DNA of 64,000 nt from NCBI GenBank assembly GCA_951406725.2, contig OX597843.1, positions 6,386,001-6,450,000 of the forward strand. The letters run 5' to 3'. Made by a program: the position numbers and the translations under genes. This document shows positions 51,401 to 61,527 of the stretch, in pieces (the first letter of the stretch is position 1; each line of letters begins with the position of its first letter). The notes below the pieces were generated by a model, which saw nothing but the letters and a program-made list of their open reading frames with translations, was not told the DNA's origin and did no database searches. Origin of the DNA: Octopus vulgaris (taxonomy: Eukaryota).

Positions 51401-54400
51401 CTCTCTCCCTGCCTTCCCCCACTCTCTCTATCAGACATTACCAAACAGACAGCCAGCCATACAGACACAATATAAAGGACCTTACCGTAGAGTCTTAGGA
51501 AGGATTAGCGTGATGGTGATGGTGATGATGATGATGTAAGCGTGCCATTAGCAGAGACGTTGTCGCTTAGCCCCAGGTCAGTGCTGGTGGTAATGGCCTA
51601 TGATCAAAGGCATTCCGGCCGTGGCCATCCAGTCTTTTGTTCTCGTACAGGAAACACAGAACCATTATCAATTTTACTATTATTCAATAACGTGTTGTGT
51701 TGCTTTTTCTTTTCTTTCTCTCCAAGACAGCCGAATGTGTGAATGGAGGGAGGATAATGGCTGGCTGCTATTTCTAGCAGACTTGGCGACTGTGTCGCGG
51801 CTCTTTCGTCAGCCCATGGTCACTGCGGTGGCGTGGTGTGGGGGGTGGGGTGGCGGTGGTGGTGGTGAAAGTCGTGTTGTGGTGTGGACGGCGGAGGTGG
51901 ATCAGCGTGGGTTCGTTGCGGAGGCGGCGACGCAGCGTGGCGTTGCGTTGTAGTAGAGGCGCAGTGCGGTGGTGATGGTGGTGGTAACGGTGATGATGAC
52001 GATGATGATGATGTTGCTAGTTTGATGCAGTGAACAGTTGACAGAGCAGCAACAACATCTGCTGCCGCTGCTGCACCGCGACACGACCAACTAAACTGCA
52101 TCAAGTCGACAGCGGCTGCAGCCGGCAAACTGCACCGACAGCTACTACAACATCAACAGCAGCAGTCACTCTGCTTCTGCAACACCACCACCACCACCAG
52201 CAACCGCAGCAGCAGTAGTCATACAACTGCAACACAAGCTGCAGAAACGACTGCACCTTTACAACCACCACCGCAGCAATGAAACCGATGCACACTGCTA
52301 TATGCAATGTTCTTCTGCTGCAGAAAACTGCACACTTGTTCTGTTACATAAGGCTGCAACATGGAAAACTGCAGTCGGGGCTGTGTCAGCTGTGACTGCA
52401 ACCAGCTGCACCCAAACCTGCAACAACAACGACAACAACAACAACAACAAAAGGCATCAAAGGAGTTGAGTGGTCGTTGAAATGGTTAGAAATAGCAGCT
52501 AAATCTTTGTCACTTGTCATTGTGTTGTCTTTAAGAAAGGAAGGTGATGCTGAGAAATGTGATTAATGATGTAGAAAAAAGATGTGATGGTCACGGTTGG
52601 AACACCAGTGATCAGAGATCAGCTGCATCAGGACTGACTTAAGGCTAAACAACAGGGAAGGACACATGAGATGATGTAGTCCTAGATACACTATGCCTGA
52701 ATAAAAGACAGGATGGTCACAGCTGGAACATCTTTGGATCATAGGTCTGTCTAGATCAGGACTGACCTGGGGCTAAACAACAACAAGGAAGGACACATTA
52801 GATAATGTAGTCCTAGATACACTATGCCTGAATAAAAGACAGGATGGTCACATATGGAATATCTTTGGTCATAGGTCTACTGGATGAGACTGACCTGGGG
52901 CTAAACATCAAGGAAGGACACATTAGATAATGTAGTCCTAGGTACACTATGCCTGAATAAAAGACAGGATGGTCACATATGGATCATCTTTGGTCATAGG
53001 TCTACTGGATGAGACTGACCTGGGGCTAAACATCAAGGAAGAACACATAAGATAATGTAGTCCTAGATACACTATGCCTGAATAAAAGACAGGATGGTCA
53101 CAGCTGGAACGTCTTTGATCACAGGTCTGCTGGATCAGGACTTACCCGGGGCTAAACAACAAGGAAGGACACATTATATAATGTAGTCCTAGATACACTA
53201 TGCCTGAATAAAAGACAGGATGGTCATGGTTGGAGCATCTCGAATCATAGGTTTGCTGGTTCAGGACTGATCTAGGGCTAAACAACAAGGTGAAGGACAC
53301 ATTCGATAATGTAGTCCTAGATACACTATGTCAGAATAAAAAAAAAAAAAAAACCCCAGAATGGTCACCGTTGGAACATCTTTGATCAGAGGCCAGAGAT
53401 TAGCAGTAGTAGTAGTAGTGGTGGTGGTGGTGAGGGTAGCAGTAGTAGTAACAGCAGCATTCCATTGAAAGATCGAATTGTGTAATAGAGGAACCCGGTG
53501 GGGAGGGGGGAAGGGAGTCTGATAATGTTTGTGTAGGTCAGTGTGTGTCAATAAATGGCTTGACTATGTAAAGCGTGCGACGGGTGTATGTGTATACGTA
53601 TATATATATATATATATATACGTATATGTGTGTATATTGGTGTGCGTGTATGCCAATATATATATATATATATATACTCTTACTCTTTCACTTGTTTCAG
53701 TCATTTGACTGTGGCCATGCTGAAGCACCGCCTTTAGATGAGCAAATCGACCCCCAGGACTTAATTCTTTGTAAGCCTAGTACTTATTCTATCGGGTTCT
53801 TAAGCCGAACCGCTAAGTTGCGGGGACGTAAACACACCAGCATCGGTTGTCAAGCAATGGTGTGTGTCTGTGTGTGGGGGACAAACACAGACACACACAT
53901 GCATATATATATATATACACATATATACGACGGGCTTCTTTCAGTTTCCGTCTACCAAATCCACTCACAAGGCATTGGTCGGCCCGGGGCTATAGCAGAA
54001 GACACTTACCCAAGGTATTTATATTTCTTTACTACCCACAAGGGGCTAAACATAGAGGGGACAAACAAGGACAGACAGAGGTATTAAGTCAATTACATCG
54101 ACCCCAGTGCGAAATTGGTACTTTATTTATCGACCCCGAAAGGATGAAAGGCAAAGTCGACCTCGAATGGTGTATGTGTGTGTGTGCAAGTGCGCGGCAC
54201 TCGTGTCAGTGCGAGGAGTCCATTGTGAAATAGTTAACATATCTGACATTCTTTGTAACAATAGCCTCCCCTTCCTCCCACTCCTCACTGTCTGAAGTTA
54301 TTACTCCCACTGCAACTCCCATTCAGTCGAAAGCGTGCATAGGAAGAGCGAGGGAGAGGGGAGCAAAGAAATGACGATGCTACTACGGTAGTGTTGTGTT

Positions 54401-55180
54401 TACTCTTACGTTTCCCCCCCCTACCGCCGCACTCGACTTCCATCTAACACACACACACACACACATTACACACCCACACTGAAGTACACACGCGCAGACA
54501 CATACGTGCGCAGATACACACACACACACGCTCGCGCGCGCAGACACATGCGTGCGCGGCGCAGACAAGCACTCACGTGCGCACGCACACAGACATGACA
54601 CAAACACATTGACACACACATACATACATGCAGACACACACACAAAGAGGCAGACAGTCTCTCTCTCTCTCTCTCTCTCTAACACACACCCGTCAATAGA
54701 TTCTCTCGGCTCTTCTCCCCTGCCAACCTCCTCCCTGACAATGAGCAGACCAATTGTTCCACCAACTGAGAACACCCACTCATTACACTACAAGTGGCTG
54801 AGTATTCCACAGGCAAACACATATATATATGTATGTATATACTCTTACTCTTTTACTTGTTTCAGTCAATTGACTGTGGCCATGCTGCAGCACCGACTTT
54901 AGTCGAGAAAATCGACCCCCAGGACTTATTCTTTGTAAGCCCAGTACTTATTCTATCGGTCTCTTTTGCCGAACCGCAAATTCACGGGGACGTAAACACA
55001 CCAGCATCGGTTGTCAAGCGATGCTAGGGGGACATTATAATAATTTTTGTATAAGTTTACCGATAAGGGTTCTGTTAACATACCAAACTACATGATGAGA
55101 TTATTAATTATAAACTGATTAATTAATTTTGCCCTTTATTATAATTGATAATATACATACATATAAATATAAACACACAA

Positions 55181-55214
<34 letters not shown>

Positions 55215-57383
55215 ACACAAGACATGTACATAAATACATAAACATACACATAAAAATAAACAGACACCTATGTGTGTGTGTATATATATATATATACACA
55301 CATATATATATACATACATCAATGATACATAAAATACATATAGATCAAAATTTTTGAAATAATTGAAAAAACAAACAAAAATAATGCCAACCGGAAAACA
55401 ACAACAAAAAAGACAACAAAACAATTCAAACAACGAAAACAAAACAAAACAAAACAAAAAAAAAAAAAACATTTAAAGTAATTAATAATTAACAACAGAA
55501 AGCATCATTAAAAGAAAAATCAAAATTTCAAATTTCATTTTTTTTCTCTCTCTCCAGAACAAAACCTCGTTAAATATTTTAACGAGGTTTAAATTAAAAC
55601 AAAAAAAAATAAAAATTACAATTTTTTTTTTTATTATCGGCACTTGTTGCATGTGTGTGCACCATCCGCAAACATTTACCAAGAATGCATGAGTGCACAA
55701 CACATGCACACGTGCACCAACAAGTATATATGCACATATAAATATATATATGCACCAACTGCACATATATACACAAAAAATAAGCACTTACAATTACATA
55801 TATCCACAGATGTTTATGTGCATATACGCACCAAAAGAACCAGAGTATATTTTGCATATATGCAGGCATGCACCACCTGCATATATGCAACAGAAAAAAA
55901 CTAGAGACATCGCACATATATACAGGTAAACAACACACCATGTACAGCAGAAATTAATGCATGTAAACTGCACATACAAGTGTGCATCACCTGTATATAT
56001 ATATATGTGGCAATATTTAGTGTATAAATTTTATATATGCAGGTATGCACCTCGCTGCACATATGGAGCAATATCAAGGATAGACATCACATATGTACAG
56101 CAGAAATCAGTCTGCACATTGCACAAGCCGGTGTGCATCACCTGCATATATGCAACAATATTTAGGGTACAAAAATTCATATATGCAAGCATAAATCACC
56201 TGCAAATGTACATCGGAAAAAAATATAGTTAGTCGTTTTTATTACATATACACTGGTCTATAAACACCTGTAGAAATGCAGCGATAGTTAATTAGCGTGA
56301 AGCTGTGCGTGCCCACAGGTGGTGCATTTCCTGTGTGCATGCACCTGAAGTTAGTGAAGCGCGAAGAATGCAGATCAGAACAGGTAAGCAGTGAACATTG
56401 AAGAGCTTAAAGGTGGAAAGATGCTGAAATATGCAAAAGTGCAGAGCTAAGAACCACATCGCTAAGAATATACATGCATGTGTGTCTGTATACAAATATA
56501 TATATATACATATATATATAGATATATATATATATATACATACATATGCATACATGTGTGTATACACATGTAGCCACTACATCAAAAATAGAAACAGAAA
56601 AAGAGATTAAAATGAAAAGCAAGAGATAACTAACAAAGGGAACCAAACGGAATTGAACCCCAAACTGTCCAAGAACAGAGTTTAGTAAAAGAAAAGAGGG
56701 TTTCAAAGATATTTTTTTTATCAGCTGGTGAGAAAAAGACAGAAATACACTGATAAATGCAGGGATGAGTAATTGACCCCCTTTTGGCCATAAATGACCA
56801 TGGGACCTAGGAAGTTCCCCCTCTGAAGCACAAGTCTAGATAAGTTTGTCTTCTCTCCATGCCACCGGCGTGATCCAAGGGAAAGGGCAAAGGGGCCGAT
56901 ACAGTTTGGCACCAGTGACATTGCAACTCATTTTTAGAGACGAGTGAACTGGAGCAACGTGAAATAAAGGGTCTTGCTCAAGAACACAACACGCAGCCCT
57001 TTCTACTATAGGCACAAGCCCTGAAATTTAGTGGGGAGGGGACTAGTCAATTACATTGACCCCAGTGCTCAACTGGTACTTATTTTATTAACCCTGAAAT
57101 GATGAAAGGCAAAATCCACCTCGGCTAAGCATTTTGTGGGAACGTGCTAATGATTTTGTCAGCTTGTCATCTTAACGATAATGCTCTCTACTAAAAGCAC
57201 AAGCCCTGAAATCTTGGTGGAAGGAGAGCTATTTGATTAGATCCACCCCCACTATTCACCTGGTACTTATTGACCCTGAAAGGATGAAAGTCAACCGCGG
57301 CAAGATTTGAACTCAGAACATAACTGAAAGAAATGCTGCCAGACATTTTGCCGGGCACAGAAACGACTCTGCCAGTTTGCCAT

Positions 57384-57416
<33 letters not shown>

Positions 57417-58832
57417 CCCTTCTACTAAAGGCACAAGGCCTTGAATTTGCAGGGGAAGGATTAAGTCAATTACACCGATCCCAGTGTGTAACTGGTATTT
57501 ATTTAATCGACCCCGAAAGGATGAAAGGTAAAATCAACCCTGGTGGATTTTGAACTCAGAACATAGCAGCAGATGAAATACCACTAAGCATTTTGCCTGG
57601 CCTGCTTACCATTCTGCCAGCTCATCATTTCTAATAATGATAATTTTTGTTACTATAGGAACAAGGCTTAAAGAATAATAATAATAATAATAAAGTGCCC
57701 TGATGCGGTACCAGGCAGTGGCTCTCGTGGCTTCTGATCTTAACTGAATGGAAGTGTTATCATGTACATTGTTTTGTCTTGGTATAAAAGATGGGTTTTA
57801 CAGCAAATATTCTGCTCAATACCACAGATTTGCTTTGTCAGTTGTTTGACCTTAACCAGTTGACCATGTCCCTTAGTGGCTGACGATATGAACATCTCTG
57901 ATCACGAGCAGAAGTAGTGGGGGAGCATCATAGCCATGTGCTGAGAGGAATTCTTTGGGGTTTGGATAATTCACCTCTGGAAACATGGGTGTTTTGTTCA
58001 ACAGCCTTAAACAACCCTTATTCAGGGACCTTTTGAGTGGGATGGGTTACTCGACCAGAAGAAAATTCTAACTGGGCCCCATGTACAAGGTCATGCGCTG
58101 TTTATCTTGATATGGGATCACCATGTTGCGCACATATGGTTGTGATGCACGTGCCTGGTGTACTCTTATCAGACGGGTAGTGATGATGGGTATGTTGAAC
58201 TTTGTATATTTGTACCCTAGTGTCACTAGGCACAAAGACTAATAATAATAATAATTATAAAGAAAACAATAATAAAATGATAACAATAATAAGAATTACA
58301 TAAAAAAAAATATTTAAAAAAATTAGAAATAAAAATCTGATCCCAACCTAAAAAAAATGTGAAAAACAGAAAAAAAAAGTTCTACCAGAATGTGAGGAAA
58401 TGGGGAGGTGGAAGAGGAAGGGTGAACGCCCCCCTCAGTTAATTAAGCATGCAAGTTCGTTAGAAGCGAGTTAGAAAGAGAGAAACAAAAATTTAATTAG
58501 TGACAAACGAACCAACTTAACAACTAAATCTCGAAAACGAGGATTTGTGAGTTGAGTGAGTGTAAGCAGAAATAGAAATAAATAAATAAAATTTGATAAT
58601 AATAATAATAAGAATAATAATAGTAATAATAATAAGAATAATAATAAACATAGGACCATCCGTTTGTAAAAAAAAGTATAGAAAAGAAGAAGAAGAGAGA
58701 GGTGAGAGTGAGAGTGGATGGTGTCCAATCGTGGCGAACTAACCTATCTTTATCTCGAAGCTGTTCGTTCAAGAGAGACAACTGCTGGGAGCTATCTCCT
58801 GAGTTTCTCATCAGCTCGGCGATTTGTTGCTC
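14186..58832 (-). CDS. CLIP1: CLIP-170/restin orthologue (CAP-Gly domain-containing linker protein 1), 3' portion, 14 coding exons; 5' exons lie beyond the window
   Basis: Exons join in frame with GT-AG boundaries. The peptide contains [27 protein letters not shown] (resembles CLIP1 [27 protein letters not shown] as recalled), long coiled coil, [34 protein letters not shown] and terminal DETF*. Confidence 0.95.
15440..15838 (+). mobile_element. SINE family A
   Basis: Match to family A. Confidence 0.85.
17207..17615 (+). mobile_element. tRNA-derived SINE family A, full-length (~410 bp, internal TA/TG tract)
   Basis: A box (tggctgtgtgg), B box (ggttcagtccc), tail gaaacaagtaaaagag; many copies in the window. 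Confidence 0.9.
17768..18270 (-). mobile_element. (GAT)n-tailed retroposon family C
   Basis: Motif gtggttggcgttaggaagggcatccagc plus ccatgctagcatgg and a (GAT)n tail; also near 3350-3750, 6200-6400, 42010-43390, 63855-64000. Confidence 0.8.
19447..19622 (-). CDS. Candidate additional alternative last exon (58 aa, [12 protein letters not shown]...TPAATPSA*)
   Basis: Phase-1 compatible, unique sequence, open frame; weak acceptor (gctctctgatAG). Confidence 0.25.
19662..19925. repeat. 24-bp tandem repeat, about 11 copies
   Basis: aatagcatagcaRttagccctaac. Confidence 0.95.
20130..20472. repeat. Two-copy ~174-bp tandem duplication
   Basis: 20169-20299 nearly identical to 20343-20472. Confidence 0.85.
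21245..21349 (-). CDS. Candidate 105-nt phase 1-1 cassette exon
   Basis: Consensus AG|GTAAGT donor, open frame; weak acceptor. Confidence 0.25.
22114..22278. mobile_element. TA-flanked Tc1/mariner-pogo type MITE
   Basis: About 29-bp imperfect TIRs tactgtatttt...gaaccc / gggttc...aaaatacggta. Confidence 0.65.
22797..22878 (+). ncRNA. Minimal type-I hammerhead ribozyme motif
   Basis: ttccc-CTGATGA-agg...cct-GAAA-tggcca-TA-gggaa; palindromic stem III. Confidence 0.65.
23830..24315 (+). repeat. ~120-bp satellite-like unit, about 4 copies
   Basis: ggacacattagataatgtagtcctagatacac...ggggctaaacaac. Confidence 0.85.
24658..24821 (-). CDS. CLIP1: CLIP1 exon L (164 nt, phase 2-1): zinc knuckle 1 and first half of knuckle 2
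   Basis: [54 protein letters not shown]; ttttccAG / GTAGGT. Confidence 0.96.
24935..25412 (+). mobile_element. Retroposon family C with internal tandem sub-repeats
   Basis: Match to family C; ends 30 bp from the exon K donor. Confidence 0.8.
25442..25560 (-). CDS. CLIP1: CLIP1 exon K (119 nt, phase 0-2): [29 protein letters not shown]...HNDK(R)
   Basis: tgttttccAG / GTAACC; resembles the CLIP1 IDFLNSVIVDLQRKNQDLK segment. Confidence 0.92.
25800..26315. repeat. CA-rich compound minisatellite
   Basis: cacaacactaaaacgctatcct / cacaacatcccaccacacc units. Confidence 0.9.
27751..27800 (-). CDS. CLIP1: CLIP1 exon J (50 nt, phase 1-0): (D)[16 protein letters not shown]
   Basis: ctctatcaacAG / GTGAGT; phases fit I and K. 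Confidence 0.87.
28805..28988 (-). CDS. CLIP1: CLIP1 exon I (184 nt, phase 0-1): [15 protein letters not shown]...DADTSED
   Basis: ttctttgcAG / GTAAGT. Confidence 0.92.
29095..29960. mobile_element. Two family A SINEs tail-to-tail with a nested family C fragment
   Basis: + copy about 29095-29690, - copy about 29700-29960. Confidence 0.75.
29987..30352 (-). mobile_element. 5'-truncated RTE-type LINE (RT C-terminus), (TGA)n tail, 8-bp TSD aagcccca
   Basis: DGTYTRLL...[10 protein letters not shown]...DREVWR peptide; aagcccca at 29979-29986 and 30353-30360. Confidence 0.85.
30473..30590 (-). CDS. CLIP1: CLIP1 exon H (118 nt, phase 2-0): [18 protein letters not shown]...SQSNQ
   Basis: tttcaccAG / GTAGGT. 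Confidence 0.9.
31023..31070 (-). ncRNA. Minimal type-I hammerhead motif in one arm of an inverted repeat
   Basis: aaaactgt-CTGATGA-acggcaacgg-GAAA-ctcagag-TA-acaggtttt. Confidence 0.55.
31500..32570. repeat. Degenerate ~50-bp tandem repeat
   Basis: tttccacagag...gatgcaacaaaattt recurring. Confidence 0.75.
33594..33730. mobile_element. Short TTAA-flanked hairpin MITE
   Basis: ttaacctttagca...tgctgaaggttaa with internal inverted symmetry. Confidence 0.6.
34332..34557 (+). mobile_element. tRNA-derived SINE family B (~225 bp)
   Basis: ggcgagctggcagaa head, gagttcaaattcc B box, central gactttgcctttcatcctttcggggtcgataaa (resembles the MetaSINE domain as recalled). Confidence 0.88.
35073..35146 (+). 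ncRNA. Degenerate hammerhead motif
   Basis: CTGATGA-ggc...gtca-GAAA-tccagga-TC with extended stem I; mismatches adjacent to the core. Confidence 0.45.
35776..35822 (-). CDS. CLIP1: CLIP1 exon G2 (47 nt, phase 0-2): [15 protein letters not shown](Q)
   Basis: ctgttttacAG / GTAGGT; required to reconcile the phases of G and H. Confidence 0.87.
35939..36026 (-). ncRNA. Minimal type-I hammerhead motif, sense to CLIP1, same family as 2968-3061
   Basis: gtgcag-CTGAGGA-ttgc...gcat-GAAA-cgatcg-TA-ctgtat. Confidence 0.6.
36460..36580 (-). CDS. CLIP1: CLIP1 exon G (121 nt, phase 2-0): [16 protein letters not shown]...LLNHQK
   Basis: tctctccAG / GTGAGG. Confidence 0.9.
36764..37285 (-). mobile_element. 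Three tandem or partial family B SINEs
   Basis: Repeated tatttctttactgcccacaagggg tail segments. Confidence 0.8.
37850..37944 (-). CDS. CLIP1: CLIP1 exon F (95 nt, phase 0-2): [31 protein letters not shown](L)
   Basis: ctttccAG / GTAAGT; not in the ORF track, found by reading. Confidence 0.9.
38015..38400 (+). pseudogene. Disrupted RTE/BovB-like LINE reverse transcriptase fragment
   Basis: RQAFNRL..LW...TKVQIYQA...LLYGS..W and RRLRWLGH motifs, broken by a stop and frameshift. Confidence 0.85.
38795..38932 (-). CDS. CLIP1: CLIP1 exon E (138 nt, phase 0-0): [19 protein letters not shown]...EQKTKE
   Basis: catctccAG / GTGAGT. Confidence 0.9.
38935..39240. repeat. (GAT)n-gaggaagagagaa array abutting the exon E acceptor
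   Basis: Direct reading. Confidence 0.9.
39330..39530 (+). mobile_element. Retroposon family C
   Basis: Match to family C. Confidence 0.8.
39693..40400 (+). mobile_element. Non-autonomous Helitron with internal ~102-bp tandem repeats
   Basis: A|TCTTTATATATAAA 5' end, cccgagcaatgccggg hairpin, CTAG|T 3' end. Confidence 0.85.
40525..41267 (-). repeat. ~52-bp minisatellite made of the exon D end plus donor site
   Basis: Unit gaggtggag...gagagggaagag|gtaagaagcaa. Confidence 0.9.
41235..41438 (-). CDS. CLIP1: CLIP1 exon D (204 nt, phase 0-0): [17 protein letters not shown]...GRAEREE
   Basis: cattgcAG / GTAAGA; coiled coil. Confidence 0.9.
41610..42000 (-). mobile_element. tRNA-headed SINE family E
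   Basis: tggcccagtggttagggc...ggtttcgattccc head followed by a CpG-rich body; single copy in the window. Confidence 0.65.
43462..43677 (-). CDS. CLIP1: CLIP1 exon C (216 nt, phase 0-0): [11 protein letters not shown]...SEKETLL
   Basis: ttttgcAG / GTGAGT; heptad coiled coil. Confidence 0.92.
43730..44192. repeat. GGT/GAT/TGT triplet repeat
   Basis: Direct reading. Confidence 0.95.
44313..44478 (-). CDS. CLIP1: CLIP1 exon B (166 nt, phase 2-0): [25 protein letters not shown]...ELEEK
   Basis: tctcttgcAG / GTAAGA; AG+A completes Arg with exon A. Confidence 0.92.
44722..45110 (+). mobile_element. SINE family A
   Basis: Match to family A. Confidence 0.88.
45181..45412 (+). mobile_element. tRNA-derived SINE family D
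   Basis: tggctcagtggttagg head, gtttcgattcc B box, tgtgtccttgagcaaaacac core; related copies near 28450, 33057, 50147 (+) and 14550, 56790 (-). Confidence 0.8.
45413..45635. mobile_element. TTAA-flanked (piggyBac-type) MITE
   Basis: ttaa-ccctttagtgtt...aacactaaaggg-ttaa; related pieces at 16930-17100 and 18285-18504. Confidence 0.8.
45918..46175 (-). mobile_element. SINE family A, partial
   Basis: Match to family A. Confidence 0.8.
46403..46800. repeat. Purine-rich minisatellite (acggacgaaagagagaaagggagggaggcaag)
   Basis: About 6 units. Confidence 0.88.
46908..46960. promoter_or_regulatory. ETS-like (CGGAAGT) and perfect CRE (ATGACGTCAT) motifs in a CpG-rich patch
   Basis: gcggaagtttacatgacgtcatcgg; function inferred. 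Confidence 0.4.
47195..47492 (-). mobile_element. SINE family A, diverged
   Basis: Match to family A. Confidence 0.7.
48738..49137. mobile_element. Family B SINE fragments in alternating orientation
   Basis: - / + / - fragments abutting. Confidence 0.78.
50430..51158. mobile_element. Head-to-head pair of family A SINEs
   Basis: - copy about 50430-50785, + copy 50803-51158. Confidence 0.78.
52540..53390 (+). repeat. ~120-bp satellite-like unit, about 7 copies
   Basis: Same unit as 23830-24315. Confidence 0.9.
53676..54165 (-). mobile_element. SINE family A followed by a family B fragment
   Basis: Matches to both families. Confidence 0.8.
57000..57630 (-). mobile_element. Cluster of diverged family B SINEs
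   Basis: Three matches to family B. Confidence 0.72.
57695..58230 (+). mobile_element. (AAT)n-associated interspersed repeat family F
   Basis: Shares about 270 bp with 14872-15150. Confidence 0.7.
58744..58832 (-). CDS. CLIP1: CLIP1 exon A (89 nt, phase 0-2): [29 protein letters not shown](R)
   Basis: ttttccttgaAG acceptor, GTTAGT donor; motif matches CLIP-170 coiled coil. Confidence 0.92.
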
Positions 58833-60527
58833 CTTCAAGGAAAACGAACGACGACAACGAATTTAGCAGAGAAGAAGAGAAAGGAGTAGGAGAAGTAAGA
58901 GAAGAAAAGGACGGAAGAAGAAGAGGAAAAAGTAGGAGAGGTAAGAGAAGAAAAGGACGGAAGAAGAAGAAGAAAGTGTTGAGCTACAGGACACGGGGTC
59001 AGTTTTTGTGAAGTTTTGGCGGTTTGGGGTGTTTTGCGTTTTCTTGGGGGTAGAAGTCTAAAATGTGGGTGTAAAAAAACAAATATAACAAAACCCCTTA
59101 GTAGTCTTGTTTGAAGGGGTGAAAGCAACAGATACAGGAGCACTATGAGTATTTTGTTGCTCCTTCGAGGAAACCGAATGAGATGGGATTTAGCAGAGAA
59201 GAGGAAGAAATAAGAGAAGTAAGAGAAGAAAGTGTTGAGCTACAGGAAGGACACTGGGTCAGTTTTTGTTAAGATTTAGGGTTTTTGCGTGTGTTTTCTT
59301 AATGGCAGAGGTCTAAAACGTGGGCATAAGAAGAGTGAAACGAAACCCCCTTTTGTTGCCTTGTCAGAAGGGGTAAAATCAACAGACATGGGAATACTAT
59401 AAGTTCCTTCAAATGACAAGGAATTTAGCAGAGAAGAGGAAAGAGAATAAAACGTTGAGCTACAGGATGCTGGGGTCACTTCTTCTGAAGTTAATTTTTT
59501 TTAATAGGTGGAGATCCTGTCTTCTGTGTTTTTCAGAAATTTAGAATTTGAGAGTAAAAAGTTGAAAGAAAAGGAACAGAAGATGATGGCGAGCTTCTGC
59601 TGACTCTTTTGCCACAACTTTCTCTTGCTCTTTCCTCCTGCATCTTGCAGCTCACCTGCAACAGACCGGCGTCCCGTCCAAGTGGGGAACCTATACGCCA
59701 AGGAAACCGAGAAACCAGCCCTTATGAGCCAGGCATGGCTCGAGAAGGAACAAACATGGCCCACGAAAACACTGTTGGGCAGCTGGGTGAGAAGTGTAGG
59801 GCGCAATTGGATTGTTTCTCAAAACAGATCAACTCTTGACTAACCCCGTGTTAAACTTGAGATGGCCCCACCCAAGATATAACTTGGGTTGACTGAGTAA
59901 ATAAAAGCTGGGTATGGAAGAGAGGAACAAAAGGGGACCACTTGCCACACTTCATACAAAAAGTAGGGGATAGCACCAATACCATCTGTGATGAGGTAAT
60001 AAGGGTCACTCACTCACAGCTGCACTCAAACTCAAACGCAGAGGTATTATACACAAACACATCATACATTTAACATATATACACACATGCCAGAAGTAAC
60101 CAGAACAAGGGGCTGTTTCAATTTATGGCACAAGGCCAGTAAATTTTAGAAGGGGATTTAGTCAATTACACTGACTCCAGTAGGATAAAAAGGTAAAGGA
60201 CCCCCTTCAGTCATGAATGACCAAGGAATTGCAACTAGGTAGCCACCTTTCAAGGTACAAGCCTGGTCAAGGTTGTTTATGGAATACTCTCCCCTCTCCA
60301 TGCCACAGATATTATCCAAGGGATGGGCAAAGGGGCCGATACAATTTGGCACCAGTGATGCCACAACCCAGTTCTACAGCTGAGTAAACTGCAAAAACAC
60401 GAAATGCAAGTCCTACCTCGACCTCTTTCAGTCGTTTTCTATGACATGCAAAAGAAACTTTGTGGTCTAGTCTTTCACATGCTGACCCCTACATGGCACA
60501 GAAGTCTTAGTCTTCTATTATAATTCC

Positions 60528-60760
60528 TATTTCTTTACTGCCCACAAGGGGCTACACACAAAGGGGACAAACAAGGACAGACAAAGGGATTAAGTCGATT
60601 ATATTGACTCCAGTGCATAACTGGTACTTATCTAATTGACCCCGAAAGGATGAAAGGCAAAGTCGACCTCGGCGGAATTTGAACTCAGAACGTAGCGACA
60701 GATGAAATACCGATAAGCATTTCGCCCGGCGTGCTAACGATTCTGCCAGCTTGCTGCCTT
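60528..60760 (-). mobile_element. SINE family B
   Basis: Match to family B. Confidence 0.85.
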
Positions 60761-61283
60761 ATAGCTTTGCTCAAGAAAACAACACACCGCCTGGTCCAGT
60801 AATTGAACCCACAATCTGGTGCTCCTTAGCGCAACACCCTCACCACAAGGCCAAGCGCCTTCACTAAGGGGACAGCAACAATTTAATAAAGAATAAATTC
60901 CAGGAGATCTGGGACCAAAATAAAGGGCAGAGGGAGTTGAAGAAAGAAAATAGAGAGGGTAGAAACGGGAGAGAAAGATAAAGGAGCAGAAAATGAAGAA
61001 AAGATATGAAACTGAAGATCAGGATTGGATGAGAGGGTGGAGGGGCAGGCGTTTGCCCGATTCAAAACAAAAGAAAATAATAAATAAATGAATAAATAAA
61101 ATAAAATAAATCATCTCCCTGCCCCCCTTGGGTGTTCTCTACCCTCCTGGAGAAATAAACAAAATGAAATTGAATTGCAGAAATATGATAATGACGACAG
61201 ACAACAGCCAAGACGAGGGTGGGCAGCAGAAGAGGAAGAAGAAGGCTTCAGGGGTCTCACAGACAGGACAGGTTGTGTGAGTG

Positions 61284-61341
<58 letters not shown>

Positions 61342-61483
61342 CTTCTGTGCATGACCATGTATATGTGTGTGTAGTAAATGAATTTACATGAACGAAATTA
61401 GAGTACTCAATACGAGTGTAGAGTGAAACCCAGGTCAATCCCACCAACCCATACCAACATAGACAACAGATGTTAAATGATGA

Positions 61484-61527
<44 letters not shown>

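Noticed and set aside
51767-52400. Nested gene in the Gln/His/Ala-rich GC patch
   Set aside because: Frames are short and triplet-repeat driven, with no recognisable domain or consistent splice sites
52540-53390. Regularly spaced repeats resembling a repeat-spacer array
   Set aside because: The whole ~120-bp unit is repeated; there are no unique spacers
58524-58743. Read-through of exon A giving a hydrophobic tail
   Set aside because: The open frame largely runs through (TAT)n/(TTC)n microsatellites
59645-59665. CAG|GTGAG recursive splice site
   Set aside because: The upstream sequence is a family D SINE fragment with no pyrimidine tract
61143-61146. 4-nt microexon after a strong pyrimidine tract
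   Set aside because: The donor (GTAGAG) is weak and the length would shift the frame; no other support
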